16,481 nucleotides of DNA from Candidatus Thorarchaeota archaeon (GTDB lineage Archaea > Asgardarchaeota > Thorarchaeia > Thorarchaeales > Thorarchaeaceae): positions 1 to 16,481 of the forward strand of contig JBHLQH010000055.1 in the NCBI GenBank assembly GCA_048884965.1. Direction: 5' to 3'. The notes below the pieces were generated by a model, which did not search any database, was not told the DNA's origin, and was given only the letters and a program-made list of their open reading frames with translations. Shown here in pieces: positions 1 to 8,099 of the stretch (the stretch's first letter is position 1; the number at the start of each line of letters is the position of its first letter). Both the position numbers and the translations under genes were made by a program.

Positions 1-786
1 ACAATGCATGGAATTGCAAACTATGGCGGTATGATGGGCACACTCCAGCGCATATATGAAGGAGGGGTCCTTCGCACCAAGCCGCAGATAACACATTATG
101 TTGCTTTGACCAATGCTGATGTTGAATTTCTATCAAGATATGGTGTGGAGAGGGAGAGAATATCTATAATTCCAAATGCTGTTGATTCGAGCTATTGGAA
201 ACCCGATTCGAATCTACCTGAAAGACAGAAGGATATCCTTTTCGTTGGTTCATTAATCAAAAGGAAACGACCAGATCTTCTAATCGAGGCTTTCAGAGAT
301 TATTCAACAATTGTGAAGGATAGTCATCTACACATTGTAGGGGATGGACCAGAGCTAGAGAACATAAGGCGGCAAATAAACGATTACAACTTAGCGCAAT
401 CAGTTTCACTTCTGGGTCGCATTCCATTGACAAACCTGTTACAATTATACCAACATAGCGATTTGCTAGTTCTTCCTTCGATTGCAGAAGGTCTACCAAC
501 TGTGTTGCTTGAAGCGATGGCATGCGGTACGATTCCAATAGCTACAGATTTACCTGGTAACAGAGATGTAATTCAAAATGAGCGCAATGGTTTGTTGTTT
601 CAACTTGATGATAAAGAATCATTACTCCGATCATTACTCTACACAAATTCTCTTTCAAATGAAAACAGACAAAGAATTCGTGAATCAGCAATCGAAACAG
701 TTCGAACACAATTTAGTTGGAATTCAGTAAGCAACAAGATGGTTTCTCTTTATGAGATGATTCTGGAGAATCATCTAAAGCAGTGA
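1..786 (+). CDS. GT4-family (GT-B) glycosyltransferase, 5'-truncated by window edge
   Basis: Motifs IIPNAVD, ILFVGSLIKRKRPDLLIEAF, IVGDGP, the canonical E-X7-E signature PSIAEGLPTVLLEAMACG, and FSW near the C-terminus. The frame is open from base 1 (ACA-ATG-CAT-GGA = T-M-H-G, the internal TxHG motif of the GT4 N-domain), so the true start lies upstream of the window. Confidence 0.93.
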   Translation, partial: TMHGIANYGGMMGTLQRIYEGGVLRTKPQITHYVALTNADVEFLSRYGVERERISIIPNAVDSSYWKPDSNLPERQKDILFVGSLIKRKRPDLLIEAFRDYSTIVKDSHLHIVGDGPELENIRRQINDYNLAQSVSLLGRIPLTNLLQLYQHSDLLVLPSIAEGLPTVLLEAMACGTIPIATDLPGNRDVIQNERNGLLFQLDDKESLLRSLLYTNSLSNENRQRIRESAIETVRTQFSWNSVSNKMVSLYEMILENHLKQ

Positions 787-822
787 TGTCTTTACCACTC
801 GGAAAATATCTATTCAATCATA

Positions 823-1983
823 TTAAGAATGATTCAGAATGATCTCATGATATAATTGGACAATCTTTTCTACTGCTTCGTCCAATGAATATTTTCTAGC
901 TGCCTTTCTGGCTCTATCACCATATCGCAACCTCAGTTCTTCATCTTTCGCCAATTGGAGAATTTCCAGAGCAAGCTGACTCGAATTCCCAATCTTAAAG
1001 TATCTAAAGCAATCGAAGTTTCCTAGTTCTCTCAATGAACGGAGATTACTTACAATGCATGGTTTCCCGGATGCCATAGCTTCAAGAAGTGAAATGGGAC
1101 TCCCCTCACTTTCGGAAGGAAGGACAAAGATATCAAACTCTGAAAGTTGTTTGCTAACGTTTCTAGTCCATCCTAGAAATTTGACATTCTTCTCTAATCC
1201 AAGACTCCTGCTTTGCTTCTCTAGTGATTCTCTAGAAACCCCATCTCCAACAATCCTAACCTCGAACTGAATCTTCTTTTCGGTCAGTATCTTCGCGGCT
1301 TCTATAAGAGTTTCAAGTCTTTTAACCGTCACTAATCTGCCAATATAGCCAATTACAATTTTTTCTTCTACATTCTGTTTTCTCTCAAGGCTGAAGAATT
1401 GATCCTTCAAGAAAGCAGCTTGAATTGTGCATCTTAGAGGGTCTGCGCCATCCTCAACAAGTAACCTAGAAGTTGTGGAATCCGTTGTAACTAGTCTTTT
1501 CGTATTTCTTATCGTCCATAGATAGAGCAATCGCTCGACTGCCCACGATATTGTATGATCCTTGTTTTTGTGAGGTTGAGGATAGGCTCCATGAGAATGT
1601 ACCACAGAGGGAATTCCTCTAATCTTGTATATAATCGATGCTGCAAAACCCGAATAGACTGGATCCTGTGCATGAATTATGTGAATATGTTCTTGCTTCG
1701 TCAATCTTAATAGAGACAAGACGAGAACAAATGACATCAGAAGCATGCTTAGAAAATATAGTATCTGCAAGCCTAGTGTACTCTTTTTTGGCGGTGCAAT
1801 AACCGGTGACGATTCACCGCAATCTCTTGTGATTTCCACTAATCTAATCAGACCGACCCTTCTGTATAATACGATAGGTGTTATAGCTTTATTGCGTAAA
1901 GATTTGCACAATGTTCTGGTATACTCCTCCACGCCTCCAACAGCTTCAAAGACACGATGAGATGACACTAATGCTACTTTCAT
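823..1983 (-). CDS. GT4-family glycosyltransferase
   Basis: N-terminal GGVEEY, IIHAQD, VVHSHG, GYIGRLVTVKR, IVGDG and canonical PSESEGSPISLLEAMASGKP. GGGAGG lies 5 nt before the ATG at 1983; the ORF track uses TTG at 1986. Confidence 0.93.
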   Translation of the reverse strand: MKVALVSSHRVFEAVGGVEEYTRTLCKSLRNKAITPIVLYRRVGLIRLVEITRDCGESSPVIAPPKKSTLGLQILYFLSMLLMSFVLVLSLLRLTKQEHIHIIHAQDPVYSGFAASIIYKIRGIPSVVHSHGAYPQPHKNKDHTISWAVERLLYLWTIRNTKRLVTTDSTTSRLLVEDGADPLRCTIQAAFLKDQFFSLERKQNVEEKIVIGYIGRLVTVKRLETLIEAAKILTEKKIQFEVRIVGDGVSRESLEKQSRSLGLEKNVKFLGWTRNVSKQLSEFDIFVLPSESEGSPISLLEAMASGKPCIVSNLRSLRELGNFDCFRYFKIGNSSQLALEILQLAKDEELRLRYGDRARKAARKYSLDEAVEKIVQLYHEIILNHS

Positions 1984-1994
1984 CAATGCCTCCC

Positions 1995-3047
1995 TCAGTT
2001 CTCGTCGCTTGAAACAGATTTGATTTCTTTATTCTCTCTCATTGATTCATACATGGTTGCTACATCGCGTAAAGCAAGATACCCATCTTGTCCAGTAACT
2101 AAGGGAGTTCTTCCTTCTTTAAGACACAAGAGGAAATTGCCAATCAGCATTTTATGAGTATTCTCTAGATTGTTGAAGCCAAATGAAGCTGCAAATCTTG
2201 TTACCGTTCGTGTGAAGTTTAGCCATCGCTTAGCTGGATTCCTAGGTTCATGTACTTCTTCATAATATCCAAGCATTGGTTCAATGTAAATCACACCTGC
2301 TGATCCTCTAAGTGTTATTGGACATGCTGTATAATCTGAAATCCAACTCAATTCCATTGAAACTCTTGTTGTAGCACAGGTTACGATGGACAATGATGAA
2401 GTATCTGTATTGTTGGTTGACTTGAAAATTGTCGTATCAATTGAATAGATTGATGTGATTTCCCCAAGAATCCATCTAATTAGATCTAGAGTATGTATGC
2501 CTTGGTCCATAGAAACACCTCCCCCAGACACTTCCGGATTGAAATGCCAATCAGTCGCGGGGTATCCAATAGAGGGTCCTGTTACGAATGAATTGAAATC
2601 TGCATGATAGATATCACCAAGACGCCCATCCCCTATTGTCTTCTTTGCTCTTTGAATTGTACTATAGAACCGTCTATTATGAACTACTCCACAGATCACA
2701 CTCTTTCTTGCCGCGGTAGTTAGAATCTCTTTTGCGTCACTCTCTTTTGTGGCAATTGGTTTCTCTATCAGAACTGGAATTCCTGCCTTAAGGAAATCTA
2801 CAGCTATTTCTTTGTGATAAAACGGAGGTGTAGTGATACAGACAAAATCCAGATTCTTCTCGAGAATTGCTTTGTAGTCTGATTCTGCATTCTTCACTTT
2901 GAACTTACGCGCTATGCTCTTAGCACGTTTGAGATTAGTATCAACGACATAATCTATCTCAACTCCCTTCAAAGATGCTAGAGCTGGAAGGTGAGATAGC
3001 TTTGCAATAGTGCCACCACCTATCACGGCTCCTCTCATTGGATTCAT
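1995..3047 (-). CDS. Gfo/Idh/MocA-family NAD(P)-dependent oxidoreductase, probably a sugar or nucleotide-sugar dehydrogenase
   Basis: Rossmann motif GAVIGGGTIA, ITTPPFYH, EKP motif, HNRRF and catalytic GGGVSMDQGIHTLD (D-x3-H). RBS GAGGTG lies inside the 3' end of the upstream gene. Confidence 0.92.
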   Translation of the reverse strand: MNPMRGAVIGGGTIAKLSHLPALASLKGVEIDYVVDTNLKRAKSIARKFKVKNAESDYKAILEKNLDFVCITTPPFYHKEIAVDFLKAGIPVLIEKPIATKESDAKEILTTAARKSVICGVVHNRRFYSTIQRAKKTIGDGRLGDIYHADFNSFVTGPSIGYPATDWHFNPEVSGGGVSMDQGIHTLDLIRWILGEITSIYSIDTTIFKSTNNTDTSSLSIVTCATTRVSMELSWISDYTACPITLRGSAGVIYIEPMLGYYEEVHEPRNPAKRWLNFTRTVTRFAASFGFNNLENTHKMLIGNFLLCLKEGRTPLVTGQDGYLALRDVATMYESMRENKEIKSVSSDEN

Positions 3048-3049
3048 TT

Positions 3050-3997
3050 CTAGGCACCTCGTGATGAAATTGAAAGAAACAGTGAAGTCATCTGGTCGAT
3101 AAGAGATCTCCTACCATCCATTATTTGTACAAAAGCTGAAGTATCCCCACGTAATTCGTAGTTGGCTGAACCTAAACCAATCTTTGCAGCTAGTCTGAGA
3201 TGTCTGATTTTCTTGGGATTCTTTCCCACAAGATACGCACATGCCGCATCAAAGGCTACAGGGTCGAATGATGCCATAATCAGATTAGTCCTAACCGGCG
3301 TGCCAGTAACAACACCACCTTTCAAAGATATAATCGCATCAAGAATCGATAGATCGGGTGGGCACATTCTCACTGCATCAACTATAACCTGAGATATCTG
3401 CTTGTGATACTTTGACTTATTCCTTTCAGGTAAACATCCAAACTGATTCTTCAGAGTCCCAGTTATTCCAGTCATCTCGTGTGCTTTCAGTTTGGGAACA
3501 GAAATGAGATAATCACAAGTCTGAAGTATCTTTGGTATCTTATGATCCCTCAACACATAGCCCTCCATCTTGATACTTACGCGAGGTTCGTTCGTGAGGT
3601 TAATGAGATCGACATCGAATTCATCAGCAATCTCAGTCCATCCTAGTGCTTGATATGCTAGATCTAGATTATTGATCGTCGCATCCGATTCTATGATGCT
3701 AATCTTTGCATCAGTTTTTTTCTGGATAAATCGGATAATAGATTTAACGAGTTTGGGATCAGTTGTAACTCCTGTATTAGATTTCTTCAATAAACAAATG
3801 TTGGGTTTGATACAGATATGTTTCTTTTCGGATAACTCCATGCTTCCCTCAAGATCGTCAAGAAGTCTATCGACACTCATTTCAAGGTCATTTGAAACTC
3901 GTGATATATAGACTCCTGATTTGCTAACCAATTGTAGACTCACCTTAGTTCTGATACTTTTTCTCTCTTCTTCTATTAGCAGCTCGGTTGTTGTCAT
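3050..3997 (-). CDS. DUF362-family protein (putative Fe-S or metal-dependent enzyme)
   Basis: Family motifs IKPNIC...TTDP, IIESDA, SVPKLKAH, TGTLKNQFGC, LSILDAI and DPVAFDA. There is no C-terminal ferredoxin extension. Confidence 0.85.
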   Translation of the reverse strand: MTTTELLIEEERKSIRTKVSLQLVSKSGVYISRVSNDLEMSVDRLLDDLEGSMELSEKKHICIKPNICLLKKSNTGVTTDPKLVKSIIRFIQKKTDAKISIIESDATINNLDLAYQALGWTEIADEFDVDLINLTNEPRVSIKMEGYVLRDHKIPKILQTCDYLISVPKLKAHEMTGITGTLKNQFGCLPERNKSKYHKQISQVIVDAVRMCPPDLSILDAIISLKGGVVTGTPVRTNLIMASFDPVAFDAACAYLVGKNPKKIRHLRLAAKIGLGSANYELRGDTSAFVQIMDGRRSLIDQMTSLFLSISSRGA

Positions 3998-4024
3998 ATA
4001 GTTATTGTGCAGGCAGGAGATGTT

Positions 4025-5566
4025 TTAATCACCAAAGAGAATTCCTGAAATCCATTTGAGATAAGGATGAAAACGCTGTCGCGTATCCTCTGATGTGAAC
4101 ACCTCAAGAATTTCTACACCATCTGCTTTCAAAATAACTCCGAATTTCGTGTAGATTATGAATGATATGACTAAGATTAGAGGGATTCCAATGAACCATT
4201 GAATGTCAAATAGAATACATCCGATGGCAAAAGCCGAAGGAGTTAGTATTGCTTTCATGTAGAGAACCCAAGCTGGTCTATAGGAGATAATGTATGAACT
4301 ACAGGCCATCCCCATCAAACCAAGAACGATCCCCAAAAAATAACCCCAAGCCACTCCCATAACCCCAAACATGCCTGCAAGTAAGAAATAGAACACCAAC
4401 CTACTTCCATTGATGGCGAGTCCAAGAGATACAACGTGGTAGTATCTCTTTATTGCATAGACATAGCCATAATATCCTGCATAGATCGCATAGAAAGGTG
4501 CACCAATTACAAGAATCGAAAGAAGTGGAGCAGAGCCTGCATATTGTGGTCCAAGCATCATTAATGGGATTGCAGAGTATAAGGTGACTGAAATGGAAAT
4601 TGGGGCTGTGATAGCTACAGCTATTTTTGTCATTCGTGTAATTGCTGTTTTCCGACCACTACTCATTCCACTCATAACTGGATACATTAGTCCCAAGATA
4701 CTAGTAGGAATTGCATAAACAACTGCTGCTATTGCGTATGCTAGATAGTACAATCCCGTTTCTGTTTGTCCTATAAGTGCATATGTGGATAGAATGGCAA
4801 ACGACTGTCCTGAAATCGTCAAAATGTTCGGAATCCATGCTGGTAGTCCAGCTATCACTGATTCTTTCCAAAATTCTTTCTCTGGTTTCAGAGACACCTT
4901 TTGCCTTTTGAAGAATGAATATGCTGCATATGACAAAACCATATCTGCAAGAAGGCTGGATATCGCAAATGTTGTCATAATCGCGATGAAACCCAGTCCC
5001 ATGACAAATAAGAATAGACCGATTGTGATTTTCGCGATTGCGGATAGTATTTGAGATATTGCTGTAATTCTTGTCCTCAACAATGAATCGAAGAGCGACA
5101 TGAGTAGAGGAGTAAACACGTTTAGCAGAGTAAGAAGCACAACAAACAGAATATCAGAAGAAGAAATGCCCAGAGCTCCTTGATACAGATTTGCGAACAG
5201 CGTGAGTACTATGACCGCAGAAAAACTGAGAGTTGTCATGATCAATAGATTTGTACTAAAGTAGCCACTCATTCTGGAGTAGTCTTCATCGTCCATCGTT
5301 TTTCCAATGAATCTCTTCATTCCTGTAGGAAGTCCTAGTGATACAACTACGACCAACAAACCCTGAAGAGCGATTATCGCAGATGCAATTCCAACAATAT
5401 CAGGCGGAACAAAGCGTGAGGCAAGTATCCAATAGACATACCCAATGATATTTGTCGAAAGCCCTCCAATATAGATCCATAAGCCGCTTTTTACAATCCT
5501 TCCTGTGCTCATTGTTTTCTGGCACATCTCCAGCATGGATCTATCTTTATCATTATGAAATCTCAC
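4025..5566 (-). CDS. Wzx/MOP-superfamily oligosaccharide flippase
   Basis: About 14 hydrophobic segments. N-terminal pattern KSGLWIYIGG...NIIGYVYWILASRF, SLGLPTGMKRFI, mid-protein ETGLYYLAYAIA and LMYPVMS, and LGPQY. The GTG start overlaps the upstream stop (GTGA); an alternative ATG start is at 5512 (MSTGRIVKSG). Confidence 0.88.
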   Translation of the reverse strand: MRFHNDKDRSMLEMCQKTMSTGRIVKSGLWIYIGGLSTNIIGYVYWILASRFVPPDIVGIASAIIALQGLLVVVVSLGLPTGMKRFIGKTMDDEDYSRMSGYFSTNLLIMTTLSFSAVIVLTLFANLYQGALGISSSDILFVVLLTLLNVFTPLLMSLFDSLLRTRITAISQILSAIAKITIGLFLFVMGLGFIAIMTTFAISSLLADMVLSYAAYSFFKRQKVSLKPEKEFWKESVIAGLPAWIPNILTISGQSFAILSTYALIGQTETGLYYLAYAIAAVVYAIPTSILGLMYPVMSGMSSGRKTAITRMTKIAVAITAPISISVTLYSAIPLMMLGPQYAGSAPLLSILVIGAPFYAIYAGYYGYVYAIKRYYHVVSLGLAINGSRLVFYFLLAGMFGVMGVAWGYFLGIVLGLMGMACSSYIISYRPAWVLYMKAILTPSAFAIGCILFDIQWFIGIPLILVISFIIYTKFGVILKADGVEILEVFTSEDTRQRFHPYLKWISGILFGD

Positions 5567-6840
5567 CTTTTAGTAGCAAATTCCCGAATCCTTTGCGTCA
5601 TATTGAAGAATGTATCAAGCACAACACTGTACATCCTAAGTAGAAACCACAATCTTGGTACTCTGGCAAGGTAACGGCCGATTTTCATAAATAGAACTTC
5701 TAATATGTCATTTGAGGACATACTTGCCTTGTGAATTATGTCAGTCCTCTTGTAGGGATGATTCTTTCTCATGAGCTCCATTATTGTCAATCTTGTTCCT
5801 AGTTTCATATGTTTTGACTCTATCATCATTCTCTGGGACTTCTTTACCGATTGCCAAGTAATTGGTGATGAATGAATGTATCCACGCTCCGTTGCTTTCT
5901 GAATAATGCTTTCCCCAATTATTGTATATGTATCAAATACCGAAGTTCCAGAGTTGTCGCTTTCAACAACTTCATCGATCCAAAAGTCTCCGCAGGAGAT
6001 GTCGGCTTTAAGTCCGAATCCAGCTATGCATATCAGGCAACGGTTCAAGTAGAACCATCTGGCCACCTCCGGCCAGTAATCAGTATAACGTCTTCGTATC
6101 AACTTGTTAGAGGTCTGTACTTTGAGCAATCCTGGCCATCCATCACCCCTGTATTGAATACGAGTGACATCCTCTCTATCTATAGATTGCCTATGTAGTA
6201 CATAATCAGTTCCATGTATGCTTAGTGTCCCTCCACAGAAAAGACTGACGAAATACTTGATTGATGATGGGATGATTTTACGTTCTTGTAGGACCTTCAA
6301 AGAATATATGTGACAAGGAAGTCCTACAAATGCATATGTTTTGTCTTCTTCGAGTTGCTTTAGTGTTGGTCCCACTAAGGATGGAGTGTATTTCGAGCCC
6401 ATAGCTCTCCTGATTTCGTTGTTATTACTTGCTAGGAAGGGCAATGCTGAATGACACAACCTTGGATTGAAATCCGTCACAATCGCAGCATCGATTTCAT
6501 TATTATCTAGCAGATAGCTCAAAATGGAAGTGACAACACCTCCAGATGCTGATTTATACCTAATAACACCATCCTTTGCAAAACCAATATATGATTTCAA
6601 AGGGCTCCGCAATGAAGTTTCAATTAGGTTGGTATTTGAATCGATACCGGTATTAGCCCCAAAACAGGGTTCAATGCATAAACCACACTCATTACATTTC
6701 TCGTTCACTTCAGGTCGATATAGACCAAGAGATTGATCGAATACAATACTTATGGCTTCTCTAGGGCAGACTAAATCACAAACTCCGCAGCCGATACAGA
6801 GTCCAGATTGAACTACATCTTTCACACTTCTAATGCTCAA
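5563..6840 (-). CDS. Coenzyme F420 hydrogenase/dehydrogenase beta-subunit (FrhB/FdhB)-family FAD/Fe-S oxidoreductase with N-terminal 2x[4Fe-4S] domain
   Basis: Ferredoxin motifs CIGCGVCDLVCP and CNECGLCIEPC. FrhB signatures SASGGVVT, GSKY, VGLPCH, LFCGG, YRGDGWPG, RCLIC and ADISCGDFW. The TTG start overlaps the murA stop region. Confidence 0.9.
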   Translation of the reverse strand: MSIRSVKDVVQSGLCIGCGVCDLVCPREAISIVFDQSLGLYRPEVNEKCNECGLCIEPCFGANTGIDSNTNLIETSLRSPLKSYIGFAKDGVIRYKSASGGVVTSILSYLLDNNEIDAAIVTDFNPRLCHSALPFLASNNNEIRRAMGSKYTPSLVGPTLKQLEEDKTYAFVGLPCHIYSLKVLQERKIIPSSIKYFVSLFCGGTLSIHGTDYVLHRQSIDREDVTRIQYRGDGWPGLLKVQTSNKLIRRRYTDYWPEVARWFYLNRCLICIAGFGLKADISCGDFWIDEVVESDNSGTSVFDTYTIIGESIIQKATERGYIHSSPITWQSVKKSQRMMIESKHMKLGTRLTIMELMRKNHPYKRTDIIHKASMSSNDILEVLFMKIGRYLARVPRLWFLLRMYSVVLDTFFNMTQRIREFATKR

Positions 6841-8098
6841 TCACCTCTATACTAGCTCCAATATTAAGCAGCTTCTGGGGAAGACATTCATAGCCTCTTT
6901 CTATGTGTTCAAAACCTTGGACAATCGTCGTACCTGATGCAACGAGGCCTGCGATGACTAAGGACATGCCACCTCTGAGTTCACTAGCCTTCACACTTAC
7001 ACCCTTTAGCTGTTTCCTCCCCTCAATCACTAGCGTATCTCCATGCATCTCAATAGAAGCCCCCATTTTATTCAATTGTGTTACATGCTTGAATCGATCC
7101 TCAAAGATTGATTCTCGTATTTTGGAGGTTCCGTTACACTGAGTTAGCAATGTAGTTGTTTGTGCTTGTAGGTCTGTTGGAAATCCTGGGTAGGGCGCTG
7201 TAGAAACCATCGTATTCCTAAGCGTATTGCCATCGGATACGATTCGAGCAGTATTACTGTCGAGATACTCAATTTCCACTCCTATCTGCTCGAGCATTCC
7301 AAATAGAGATTCAAGATGTGTAGCCACAATATCATGTAAGGTAAGTTCTCCCTTTGCTATGGCACCGATAATCGCGTACGTACCTGCTTCAATCCTGTCA
7401 GGAATGATTTTGTGTTTAACCCCAGAGGTTGACAATCCCCCATGAATGATGACCTCTCGATATGTGGAATTCAAGGATACATCCATGCCCATTTGCCTGA
7501 GTAGGGTGATCATATTTGAAACCTCGGGTTCAATGGCTGCATTCTTGATCAATGTAGTACCTTCTGCTCCACAAGCAGCTAAAATTGTATTTTCGGTGGC
7601 TCCTACACTGGGAACGGGGAATGTGATTTTTGTGCCTTTAAGCTGGTCCGCCCTCACTATTGTTTTCTCAGGAGTTTCAATAACATTTGCACCAAGAGCC
7701 TTGAATGCATTCAGGTGTAGGTCAATAGGCCTAGAACCAATAGCACATCCTCCGTAGCCATGTATGATCACCTCACCATATTTTGCCAATAATGCTCCCA
7801 TCAGGATTGTCGAACCTCTAATTCTCTGGGAGATTAATGGCAATTCTCTACTTTCAATGCTTGCGTTTGTAATTGTCAATACCTTATCATTATACTTCAA
7901 AGAAACCCCTAATTCCTGCAATATCTGATTCATCGTCAAGATATCAGAAACATCTGGCACATTGGAAAGTGTAACAATCTCGTCAGATAGCAGCGAAGCA
8001 GCGCAGCAAGGAAGAGTCGCATTCTTGCTACCCCCTATACTGACATCCCCCTCAATTTCATCCTGAGCATGGATTATTAATTCCTTATTTCTGCTCAC
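6830..8098 (-). CDS. murA: UDP-N-acetylglucosamine 1-carboxyvinyltransferase (enolpyruvyl transferase)
   Basis: The MurA landmarks are present: GSKNA (K22/N23, E. coli numbering), R91, GGCAIGSRPIDLH (C115/R120), SVGATEN, NAAIEPE, PDRIEAGT, TAPYPGFPTDLQ (D305), IFEDRF (R331), LRGG (R371) and HIERGYE (R397). The likely start is GTG at 8098, 1 nt after the upstream TAG. The ORF-track start at 8131 would overlap the GT4 gene by 32 nt. Confidence 0.95.
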   Translation of the reverse strand: MSRNKELIIHAQDEIEGDVSIGGSKNATLPCCAASLLSDEIVTLSNVPDVSDILTMNQILQELGVSLKYNDKVLTITNASIESRELPLISQRIRGSTILMGALLAKYGEVIIHGYGGCAIGSRPIDLHLNAFKALGANVIETPEKTIVRADQLKGTKITFPVPSVGATENTILAACGAEGTTLIKNAAIEPEVSNMITLLRQMGMDVSLNSTYREVIIHGGLSTSGVKHKIIPDRIEAGTYAIIGAIAKGELTLHDIVATHLESLFGMLEQIGVEIEYLDSNTARIVSDGNTLRNTMVSTAPYPGFPTDLQAQTTTLLTQCNGTSKIRESIFEDRFKHVTQLNKMGASIEMHGDTLVIEGRKQLKGVSVKASELRGGMSLVIAGLVASGTTIVQGFEHIERGYECLPQKLLNIGASIEVIEH

Positions 8099-8099
8099 T

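Noticed and set aside
5563-6840. True F420-reducing hydrogenase subunit implying methanogenesis
   Set aside because: No frhA/G/D or fdhA is nearby, and the gene is embedded in a glycan operon. Use of F420 cannot be established from sequence.
6830-8098. AroA/EPSP synthase as the identity of the enolpyruvyl transferase
   Set aside because: It has the MurA-specific GGCAIGSRPIDLH loop, PGFPTDLQ and HIERGYE, and lacks the AroA motifs SKS, SSQF, KESDR and DHR.
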